From: Planctomycetota bacterium
GTDB lineage: Bacteria; Planctomycetota; GCA-002687715; DRQF01
DNA length: 18,747 bases
Direction: 5' to 3'
Assembly: GCA_036479435.1 (NCBI GenBank)
Contig: JAZGFI010000046.1
Coordinates: 1 to 18,747, forward strand
Of this stretch, positions 1 to 7,528 are shown piece after piece (the first letter of the stretch is position 1; each line of letters opens with the position of its first letter). The translations under genes and the position numbers were made by a program. The notes under the pieces are model-generated. The model was not told the origin of the DNA. It worked only from the letters and a program-made list of their open reading frames with translations, and made no database searches.

Positions 1-2
1 TT

Positions 3-1070
3 CGCCGCGAGAATGGTGAGCAGCAAAAAGTTCTCGGAGGCTTTGTCTTCGTGGCGGTAGACATGGTCCGCATGCCAGTTGGTGACGAGGTTGTTGAAGC
101 CTTCGTTCTCAATCGTCCAGCGCTTACGGGCAAGATCGACAAAGGCTGCCACTTCGATATCCTCAGCCGAAAATGAGCTGACCCAAAACCAGTTGAGGCC
201 TTCGACTTGTTCCGTCTTGCCGTCTAATTGACGTTTGATGGTTTTCGTTTCTAGGCAGGATACGACCCGCACTTTGACTTCATGATCCCACCAGCTTGAG
301 CAGCCAGCTAGGTCGCGGATCTGTTGATATCCCTGCTTGATTGGCCGATGAGCCACCGTCCCCTGCACATCCATCAGCAGCTTGGCTTCATGGAGTAGCG
401 TCGGGCAGTTTTCCTTGAGCACGGTGATGACCTGCTTGCCCTTGGCAAGCACGGATTTCCAAAAGCTTTGGCAGCTATAGAGCGCGTCACCTAAAACGAC
501 TTCGTAGGCCCGAGAGAAATTTTTGTGTACCCGTTCGTAGAGCACGAGGGCTGCGGTGATCTCCCCGTCGCTTTGTCGTTGAGGCTCGATGTCCACCATG
601 AAAGTAAAGTCGCGGCCGACAAGGTGAGCGGCGACGTAGCGATGATAGTACTGGGTCCGTGGCCCCGACTTGGTTTCCACCTGCCGTTTCAAACAGCCCT
701 TGCAGCAGCGCAGATAGCTTGTGTGGCTTTCATGGCCGTCAATGACCAAGGCCACTCGATTCTGCGACAAAGGCAAAAAACCCTTGTTGCGCTTCAGCTT
801 GAGAAACACCGACTGCAAAATGCCTCGTAATTCATCGGCGTCTACACCGGACATGACTCTAGCGATCGTGTCGGCACTCGGTGGCTCGCCGCCAAGCCAG
901 CGGAGAGCTGGGGCGCTTAGTTTGCTTTGCTCAAAAGCATGCAGACTCCCCAAGCGCGTCTGCAGCATCAAAAATGCGCTGCGGACGACGCGACCCATCG
1001 GAAAGCTCGGGCCTTTGCGGTGCTCCGTCATGAGATCGAAGTGACCGCTTAAACACCAAAGCTTTTCCAA
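3..1070 (-). CDS. DDE transposase (IS4-like fold; ISNCY/ISAs1-like), cut off by the window edge
   Basis: Not in the ORF track. Manual translation is open from the TAA at 1119-1121 to the window edge: LEKLW...VALVIDGHESH...CCKGCL...YYHRYV...DIEP...GEITAA...VVLGDALYS...VITVLKEN...RKRWTIENEGFNNL...HVYRH. D (IDG), D (GDALY) and E (RWxIEN) form a DDE triad. Start uncertain (TTG 1070 or ATG 1031). Confidence 0.9.
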   Translation of the reverse strand, partial: MEKLWCLSGHFDLMTEHRKGPSFPMGRVVRSAFLMLQTRLGSLHAFEQSKLSAPALRWLGGEPPSADTIARVMSGVDADELRGILQSVFLKLKRNKGFLPLSQNRVALVIDGHESHTSYLRCCKGCLKRQVETKSGPRTQYYHRYVAAHLVGRDFTFMVDIEPQRQSDGEITAALVLYERVHKNFSRAYEVVLGDALYSCQSFWKSVLAKGKQVITVLKENCPTLLHEAKLLMDVQGTVAHRPIKQGYQQIRDLAGCSSWWDHEVKVRVVSCLETKTIKRQLDGKTEQVEGLNWFWVSSFSAEDIEVAAFVDLARKRWTIENEGFNNLVTNWHADHVYRHEDKASENFLLLTILAA

Positions 1071-1108
1071 CGATGAAAAAAGCCGAGGGAGGATGATCCG
1101 ACCTGGGG

Positions 1109-1453
1109 CTATCGAGCGTTAACTCGGTCCAGGTAAAGCAGCCCAATCTCGTCAAGAAGCTTGCGAAGCTCTTGGTAATTGTCGACCCAAGCCAACACCT
1201 CTTCACGCATCGCTTTGGGGACATGGAATTGTTGAGATCGGCCGTCCACGCTGACTTGAATCGCAAGCGATTCATGGCGCTCGTCTTTGACCCAGCACTT
1301 GCAGCCCTTGTTGCCGCATCGGTTGCGGCGAACGAGCGGCGAGCCTCGCAAAAGACCAGACCCTGTGACGAGTTGTTTAATACGCGAGCGAAGCTCGCGT
1401 TCCTGTGCGGACATCGAAGCCCGGGGCATATTGCCTCTTGTTCTTGCATTCAT
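1109..1453 (-). CDS. Small IS-associated protein, DUF6788-like
   Basis: 114 aa with LLRGS...RCGNKGCKC...H motif and a helical C-terminus (EEVLAWVDNYQELRKLLDEI), directly upstream of the transposase. Alternative start at 1429 (AGAGG upstream). Confidence 0.8.
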   Translation of the reverse strand: MNARTRGNMPRASMSAQERELRSRIKQLVTGSGLLRGSPLVRRNRCGNKGCKCWVKDERHESLAIQVSVDGRSQQFHVPKAMREEVLAWVDNYQELRKLLDEIGLLYLDRVNAR

Positions 1454-1596
1454 ATATACTTTCTTACAAGAACTGTATGGAAAATCTAGATCAAAGTGGA
1501 TGCGAATTTGCTTTTTGTCTACGACAAAACAAAAGTCGTTGAAAACGGCCTCGAAATGAGGGTTACGGGAGGTTCGCCTCAGTCACTTTTTCTCGA

Positions 1597-1609
1597 TGCG
1601 GAATCGCTG
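1597..1609 (-). repeat. Candidate terminal inverted repeat of the IS (CAGCGATTCCGCA on the minus strand)
   Basis: Lies at the junction with the interrupted gene. The partner repeat is outside the window, so it cannot be confirmed. Confidence 0.4.
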
Positions 1610-1830
1610 CCTATGGCAGGAGTGGGATGAGCAACCAACTGGTCGTCAAAAGCCTGGCAAGGTTTTCAGGGAATTCAGCGAAACTCGAGCAGAATTGGCT
1701 TGCCGCTCTTCTTCGCCTCCGCCTTCGCGCTGGCAAGGCTCTTGTGCCAAGAACTTCTATCTTGCTGTGCCACCGCCATGAGCGGGATGCTCAACACGAA
1801 GCCCAAGGCCAATGCGCTCGCGATTCTCAT
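1610..1830 (-). pseudogene. 5' part of a secreted thioredoxin-fold (Thioredoxin_7-like) selenoprotein with a UxxUxxC motif, apparently interrupted by the IS
   Basis: Minus strand from ATG 1830 (AGGA 11 nt upstream): MRIASALALGFVLSIPLMAVAQQDRSSWHKSLASAKAEAKKSGKPILLEFR-TGA(1677-1675)-IP-TGA(1668-1666)-KPCQAFDDQLVAHPTPAI, then IS sequence. It has a signal peptide and a W..SL..A..EAKKSGKPILL.F thioredoxin-like segment, and both UGAs fall at the CxxC positions. Confidence 0.8.
1628..1666 (-). promoter_or_regulatory. Candidate bacterial SECIS hairpin(s) after the UxxU codons
   Basis: Hairpin B (1648-1628): UGA-CGACC-[AGUU]-GGUUG-C-UCA, loop 25 nt after the second UGA and 34 nt after the first, with GU at loop positions 2-3. 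Weaker hairpin A (1666-1648): AAAACCU-[UGCC]-AGG-C-UUUU, loop 15 nt after the first UGA. Confidence 0.55.
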
Positions 1831-1884
1831 CTGTTGACCATTCCTATCAGAACGAAGGTTCTGTGAATCGTAGCAGCTTGGTGC

Positions 1885-1943
1885 GTCGTTGCATCCTCAA
1901 CGACAGGCGCGTAGCGCGAAACCGAGGTCTCACGCTACGCGCC
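1885..1943 (-). repeat. Two adjacent intergenic hairpins (REP-like or terminator/processing structure)
   Basis: Perfect 11-bp inverted repeat GGCGCGTAGCG (1906-1916)/CGCTACGCGCC (1933-1943), extending to 17 bp with G-U pairs on the minus-strand RNA. Second inverted repeat GTCGTTG (1885-1891)/CAACGAC (1898-1904). Confidence 0.7.
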
Positions 1944-1952
1944 ATCTGATTC

Positions 1953-2444
1953 TCAGAACAGAAGCTCTTGAGCGTTCGAAAGGTAGACGAAGTTTGGGGC
2001 GTTGGGAGCCACGACGACCGCTTGGAGAATGACATGAAGGCCCGAGATGATTGACGGCGGAAGTTGCCAAGCAAAAGTTATCCCGCCTAAGGGAAGGGTG
2101 GGCGGACCGAGGAGCACGGTGCTGTCAAAAATGGCAATCGTCGAACCGGACCCGCTGGCGACCCAGGCTCCCGGGGCAGGTCCCATGGCGCTGGTTGGCG
2201 TGTTGAATCGGAGCTCCGCGACCAAAAAGAAGGCGAAACCGATCGGGTTCAGGTTGAGATGGTCAATTTCGACGGTGAGCAAATCGCCGCCGGAAATCGG
2301 TTTCGTATCCGGGAAGAGCGTCGCGACGCCGTTGACGCCAGTCGACAATTGAAGCTCAGGCCCATTGCCCGGAAAAGTCTGCGACACTGCGGGGAAGATC
2401 AAAAATGCTGAGAAGGCCATTGAGTAAATGAGAACGCGGATCAT
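1953..2444 (-). CDS. Secreted hypothetical protein; stand-alone copy of the C-terminal domain of the upstream protein
   Basis: 163 aa, AAGGA RBS, signal peptide (MIRVLIYSMAFSAFLIFPAVSQ). The mature part FPGNGPELQLSTGVNG...GGDLLTV...LQAVVV...LSNAQELLF parallels the C-terminus of the 4171-2467 protein. Confidence 0.8.
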   Translation of the reverse strand: MIRVLIYSMAFSAFLIFPAVSQTFPGNGPELQLSTGVNGVATLFPDTKPISGGDLLTVEIDHLNLNPIGFAFFLVAELRFNTPTSAMGPAPGAWVASGSGSTIAIFDSTVLLGPPTLPLGGITFAWQLPPSIISGLHVILQAVVVAPNAPNFVYLSNAQELLF

Positions 2445-2466
2445 GATTCATTGTCCTTTTTTGGGT

Positions 2467-4171
2467 TTAGAAACGGAGTTCGTGGCCGTCAGAAGCCATG
2501 ACATTGGAGATGACAGTTCCTAACGGCGACGGATTGCAGCATTACGCTGACGCCGGCTGGTAGTGATGGCAAAAGGAAGGAACGCAGGTTGCTGGCTGGC
2601 AGCAGGACGGGAACTCCAAAAAGAGAGTTATCGTCTTGAATGATGACGCCAGCGCTATCGATGTAGATAAAGTTGGGATACATGGCGTGCATGGGCGTGG
2701 GCGTTCCGGTCAGATAGGCGCGAGCAAAAATGAAGAACGGCGAGTTGTTTATCGTCCCGTTTGGCGAGAGAAAGTTCAGGTTCAAGATGTCGCCTGCCTG
2801 AACCGTGGAAAAACCTGAGATGCTTGGAGTCATCGGCGCAGAGTTGATGCCCACATCCATACGGAAGTCCTCGCCGGTTCCCGGGTAGGCCACGCTGGGA
2901 AGAACCGGGACAACGTTGAATGCCAAGGATTGAGAAGTCCCGGCCCCCGGCGTCATGACGGTGATTTGTATCGTCGTTGGGGAAGCGAGATCCGAAGCCA
3001 GCAGAGTGACGCCGAGCGCTGTTGGCCCGACGAAAGTCGTCGTATAGGGGTTATTGTCGACCTGTACGACCGAGTTCGGGCAGAAGCCTGTCCCCAGAAC
3101 CTGAATAGCCGTTGCGGGGGCACCGGCAGTGAGTGTGCTCGGGCTAAACGAAACGATGGAAGCCGGGCCCTGGGGATCGATTGCCAAAGGGACGATGCAG
3201 GATTGAGCGCCAGCCAAGTTGTTGGTGAAAGTGAGCGAGATTGGCCCGCCGCAGGTCGATACTGGACTTCCAGGAATCGTGACATTGAGACCGCCACTAG
3301 CCGAAGGAGTCGAAGTGAGAATCTGGCCGCTCGAATCCATCACGCTCGTACCCGCCCAAAGGCCTATGCCAGTGAAATGGACGACGGATGGATTTGGCGA
3401 CCAGGGAGCAGCGGGCGGTGTGTTCGCCAGAGGGGGCGCACTCAGGACTTGAAGGTCGAGGTTGTAGAACACATTGGGCGGTGTGATCGGCTGATTGTCC
3501 TTAAAAACTACGACGCAATACCAGCCAGGAGTTGTAACGTTGAAACTGATTGCGCCGGATGAGAACAACCCGTTTGCACCTGGAGCGCTCTGGCTGCGGG
3601 TACGCCAGTTCGAGTTTGAGCCCGGATCGAAAAGGCGAAAACGCAGCGCTGTAGTTGCAGCGGAGGTGACGGTCATGGTGAGCTGGTAGGTCCCCGCGAC
3701 CGGGAAGTGCATCTCAAACCCGCGGGCGACGGAACATGGAGACCAAGAGAAGGCGCCTGAATAGGGTGGTGTGTTTCCGGGGCTGGTCGGCCCACCCGTA
3801 GCGTCCATGAATGTTGTGATATTGGCGTGCTTGACTAGTGCGTTACCGCCGCTCGTTGTTTTTGAAGCAGTGCCATTGAGTGGTGCAATGGGGCCCAAAG
3901 CCCCGTTAGCGACCACAAACTCAGTGCGGGTGACACCAGCAGTGGAGCTGGCGGCCCCCATGGTCATCGTTACGTCGGTCGTTGAACCTGCAGCTCGTGC
4001 GATCGCTACGACGTTAAACCTCGGATCAGGGCTGATCGTAAAGGTACCTGTTGTTTGGGTTAGTGTGTCTTTGGGATTGAGGTTGAGTGTTTGCTGAGCG
4101 AGCAAAGGCGACGCCCCGAAACCGAGCGCCAGCGCCAAAATGAGTCCACAAATCTTGCCAAGGCCGTTCAT
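2467..4171 (-). CDS. Secreted beta-rich protein with an IPT/TIG (Ig-like) domain; apparent frameshift near 2524
   Basis: Likely start ATG 4171 (AGGAGACAGGAA upstream; signal peptide MNGLGKICGLILALALGFGASPLLAQ). Thr/Gly/Pro-rich, with an IPT/TIG-like segment SIVSFSPSTLTAGAPATAIQVLGTGF...TTTFVGPTALGVTL. The track ORF stops at 2489, but a shifted frame gives LGTVISNVMASDGHELRF-TAA (2467). Confidence 0.8.
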
Positions 4172-4324
4172 TTCCTGTCTCCTGTCGAGAGGCTTGTATG
4201 CGCTCGACGAGTTCGGTCTCATCGAGAGGGACGGACGCCGCGGCGCCGTTCAAGCTTCCAAGCGACAAGGGGTGGCGAACCCCGTAAGAAATTCCCAGCG
4301 CTTTTTTTGATGGCGGAGTAGGGC

Positions 4325-4810
4325 ATGAAGAACACCGAGTTCAGTTATGGCGAACTCCGGGACATCGCGGTTCAGTGCATGAGTGGCGAAAACTCAGGCT
4401 GGACCTGGACCCCAACCGACGTCGCCAACGAAGTCGTGTTGGGCCTGCTCCACTCTGGCCGAGGACTCTCAGATCTAAGGACTCGTGCCTTCACGAAGAT
4501 GTTGGTGACTCGGGTGGTCATCGATCGAGCGCGGTCCCGCCGGCGCCTCAAAAGAGGAGGCGACCTTAAGCGTGTCGAATTCCATGATCCTCTGGCCACC
4601 GGGGATTGGGAACGACGGGTGCAACTGGACGATGCATTTCGAGAACTCGATAGTCGTGGACATGCTCAGCTGTCGGAAGTCTTGAGCCTGCGCTATCTCG
4701 GCGAGTTAACGGTGAGCGAGGTAGCGAAAGTACTCGGCCTGTCACTCAGCTCGGTCGAGAAGCGCCTACAGATCGGGAAAGCGACTCTGAAGGGACTGCT
4801 GGATGAGTAG
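4325..4810 (+). CDS. ECF-type RNA polymerase sigma factor (planctomycete kinase-associated type)
   Basis: YGELRDIA...TWTPTDVANE (region 2), IDRARSRRRLKRGG, and region 4 HTH VLSLRYLGELTVSEVAKVLGLSLSSVEKRL. GGAG RBS. Overlaps the kinase start by 8 nt. Confidence 0.9.
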   Translation: MKNTEFSYGELRDIAVQCMSGENSGWTWTPTDVANEVVLGLLHSGRGLSDLRTRAFTKMLVTRVVIDRARSRRRLKRGGDLKRVEFHDPLATGDWERRVQLDDAFRELDSRGHAQLSEVLSLRYLGELTVSEVAKVLGLSLSSVEKRLQIGKATLKGLLDE

Positions 4811-7421
4811 CCCCGAGAAAAACTCTCCGAGTCTAGACCCGATTGCGCAGGCCGGTATTCTCGACGGGCTCATCGATCTCAGTTTGGCGGAAGCGCGAGT
4901 CAAAGTGGCTAGCATGCCAATCTCTGACGCCGACCGAAGAGTCCTGGAAGGCATGTTGATTTCGGTGTTTGCGGCTGGCGATGAATCGGCCGAGCGTGAT
5001 GACAGCGGGCCTGTAACGGAGGACCTTCGTGTCGGTCCCTACCGCTGCTTAAGTCTCTTAGGCGAGGGCGGCCAATCACGAGTCTACCTCGCTGAACATC
5101 AAGAAAGTGGGATGCGGGTCGCCCTCAAGGTTCTGCATTTGCGCCGGATCTTAGACCTCGCTCGCTCGCGGTTGCGACGCGAAGCGGACGTTCTTGCGGG
5201 TCTTGATAACTCAAGCATCGCGAAGTTCGTGGAGGTGAACCTCGACGGGGAGCAGCCTTGGTTAGCGATCGAGTACATCGAAGGAGTCAGTTTTGAATCC
5301 GTCGTCGCGAAACCTCCCCAATCTGAGGCGGAACTTCGCGAGCGCATGGCCGTTGTCGCAAGTTGCTGCGAAGCAATGGTCGCTGCCCACACCGCTGGTG
5401 TCGTACATCGGGATCTCAAGCCCGCTAACATCATGCTTCGGGCCAATGGGTCTCCGGTTATCGTCGATTTTGGAATCGCGATCATCCTTGAAGCACAGTC
5501 CGAGAAATTAACCCAGGGTGCTTACGTCGTTGGGACCCATCCCTTCGTTTCTCCAGAAAGGCTAGCGCTGCGGCACCAGACATCGTCGCAAGATGATTTG
5601 TGGTCGCTCGGCGTCGTCTTGCATCAAGCGGTTTTCGGCTGCTTGCCGTTCCATGGGCGTTCTGAAAACGAAGTCATCGACGCTGTCTTGGGCGATCGAC
5701 TTTTCTCTGATGAGATCTGTGCAATGCCGGGCCGAGGCTCCGAGCGCAATCTCATTCGCAAAGCCCTGATGCCAGATCTGCGCGACCGCTATCGATCCGT
5801 TCGCGATTTAGCGGATGATCTTGAACGTTTGAGGCGCGGGGAGTCGATCCTGGCACGTGAGTTTGCGTTCTCCGTGAGGCTTGGCCGATGGGCGCGCCAA
5901 CATGCCATTACTTTGGGATTCGTGTGTTTGATCAGCACCCTTGCCACGCTCGCTGTTGTTTCGATCTCGCGCCAAGCCAATCGTGCCGAGCGCGCCACCG
6001 AGCAAGCCGCGGGTACGCTGAGTGCCGCCTTGCAGATTTCGACGACGGCGCTTGAGCTATACGATGAAGTCAAGGGATCGGCGGCACCGACGCCGAAAAT
6101 TCAGCGCTATGTTGAACAGTTGGATGCCGGAATCGAGGCGCTCGAGTTTGGCGATGCCGAAGGCGTTTACAGCCTGGATCTACGGGCCCGGGTCCTGCGA
6201 GAGCGCGGGAACATTGCGCATCGAAGGGGCCTTTGGCCCGATGCCTATGGCTTTAGAGTTCGTGAGCTCGCATTGCGGAAAGAGGCGCTGCATGGCCGTC
6301 GAGATTTGCGGACCCGCATCGACTATTCGATCGCTTCGGTTTTGGTGGGCGATGCGCTGCGTCGTCTCGGCGACAGAAAGGCAGGATTTGAGCGCTACCG
6401 CCTCTCGATGGAGATTGATCGACAGCTAGCGGAGGACTTCCCCAAGGATGTGGAAGCACTCGACAACCTGAGCCGCAGCCTTCTTCGCCTCAGCGATTTT
6501 CATTGGAATGCGGGTCGCGAATTGGAAGCGATCGAGTTGGCGCTAGACCACCACGCATCCGCACGAGCGCTTTACCGGATCGATCCCAAACGCTCGGCTT
6601 CTCTAGACAACCTCGTGATCAGTAATCTTCAGATCAACAAGTTTCTTCACCAGTGTGAATCAAAGCATGAACTACGGTCGAGGCTTTTCGAACAGACGGC
6701 ACAGTTTCTAAAAGAGCTGCGAGAGAGTGGTGCGTCGAAGGACAGGATCATGAGGCGAGCTTGGGCTTTCGAGCTATCGCTGGCGATATTCGAGCAAACG
6801 CAGGGCAACTTTGAAGCGGCGCGTCTCGCTATTTCGACGCGTCTCGTCTTTTTCAAGAGAAGGCATGAACTCGACCCAGAGCGGAAGGAATACCGTGATG
6901 GAATTCTCGTAGGCTTGGAGAAGCTCATTCAATTGGCCATCTTGCAGAAACGTGGGAGCGAAGCGGCGCGCCTCAATGTGGAGCTTACTTTGATGCTGCA
7001 GTCCATCGAGTCGCGAGCACAAGGACTTGGGGCTGCGCGGCTCAGATTTCTCCTGGACGATGCTGTGGATCGAGGTGATCTTGAGGCCGTCCAACGTTTG
7101 TCGGCAAAGCGACGGAGCATGGCGAAGAAGTTCGCCGAGCCGGACCTCGGCGACCCGCAAGCCCTTGTCGCCGCCGCTCGATACCTGTGGCCAGATCCGA
7201 CCCAGCGTACCCCGGTACTTCGTTTTCTTAGAAGAGCGCTTTCCTCTCCGAAGCCGCTAACGATGTACAACGACCAGTGGGCAGCCAATCGCCTCCTGGA
7301 GATCGGTGATCCAATCGAAGCGAGACAGTATCTGGATCGGGCCGAGGAGCGCCGCGGGCGCGCGCGTGAGATCCTCGAAGGCGCTCTAGAGGTTGGCGAC
7401 CTGTTTCTTTCCCGACCTTGA
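4803..7421 (+). CDS. Hanks-type Ser/Thr protein kinase with a transmembrane helix and C-terminal TPR-like helical repeats
   Basis: LLGEGGQSRVY, VALKVL, HRDLKPANI, DFG, GTHPFVSPE and DLWSLG motifs; hydrophobic AITLGFVCLISTLATLAVVSI; repeats such as VGDALRRLGDRKAGFERYRLSMEIDRQLAEDFP. Confidence 0.93.
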   Translation: MSSPEKNSPSLDPIAQAGILDGLIDLSLAEARVKVASMPISDADRRVLEGMLISVFAAGDESAERDDSGPVTEDLRVGPYRCLSLLGEGGQSRVYLAEHQESGMRVALKVLHLRRILDLARSRLRREADVLAGLDNSSIAKFVEVNLDGEQPWLAIEYIEGVSFESVVAKPPQSEAELRERMAVVASCCEAMVAAHTAGVVHRDLKPANIMLRANGSPVIVDFGIAIILEAQSEKLTQGAYVVGTHPFVSPERLALRHQTSSQDDLWSLGVVLHQAVFGCLPFHGRSENEVIDAVLGDRLFSDEICAMPGRGSERNLIRKALMPDLRDRYRSVRDLADDLERLRRGESILAREFAFSVRLGRWARQHAITLGFVCLISTLATLAVVSISRQANRAERATEQAAGTLSAALQISTTALELYDEVKGSAAPTPKIQRYVEQLDAGIEALEFGDAEGVYSLDLRARVLRERGNIAHRRGLWPDAYGFRVRELALRKEALHGRRDLRTRIDYSIASVLVGDALRRLGDRKAGFERYRLSMEIDRQLAEDFPKDVEALDNLSRSLLRLSDFHWNAGRELEAIELALDHHASARALYRIDPKRSASLDNLVISNLQINKFLHQCESKHELRSRLFEQTAQFLKELRESGASKDRIMRRAWAFELSLAIFEQTQGNFEAARLAISTRLVFFKRRHELDPERKEYRDGILVGLEKLIQLAILQKRGSEAARLNVELTLMLQSIESRAQGLGAARLRFLLDDAVDRGDLEAVQRLSAKRRSMAKKFAEPDLGDPQALVAAARYLWPDPTQRTPVLRFLRRALSSPKPLTMYNDQWAANRLLEIGDPIEARQYLDRAEERRGRAREILEGALEVGDLFLSRP

Positions 7422-7528
7422 CGACCCTGAGGGAGCCAAAGCGGCGTCGGCGAGCATTGTGACAAGGCCGTTACTCAATCATCTGCTGTTTGCGGTCATA
7501 GTGGTTTATGACCAGTGGAGGTGATTTC

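Larger units (their letters stand above)
1..1609 (-). mobile_element. IS element, partial (other end outside the window): small accessory ORF plus DDE transposase
   Basis: Contains a DDE transposase ORF and a small Cys-rich ORF upstream on the same strand. The boundary near 1609-1611 is inferred from where the upstream thioredoxin-like coding sequence stops looking like protein and the minus strand reads CAGCGATTCCGCA. Confidence 0.8.

Noticed and set aside
525..1044. Plus-strand ORFs 525..830 and 721..1044
   Set aside because: Antisense shadows of the transposase with no recognisable motifs.
931..1449. 172-aa minus-strand ORF spanning the accessory gene and the transposase start
   Set aside because: Alternate frame with no motifs; the two IS genes explain the region.
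1596..1866. Plus-strand ORFs 1596..1781 and 1627..1866
   Set aside because: Antisense to the UxxU gene, which has a signal peptide, an RBS and a recognisable fold.
4172..4222. Track start at 4222 for the large secreted protein
   Set aside because: ATG 4171 has a clear RBS and begins the signal peptide directly.
7419..7430. Sec read-through at the kinase TGA and other terminal TGA codons
   Set aside because: No redox motif context; the kinase frame meets another TGA three codons later, and the uvrA and xpb stops overlap the next genes.
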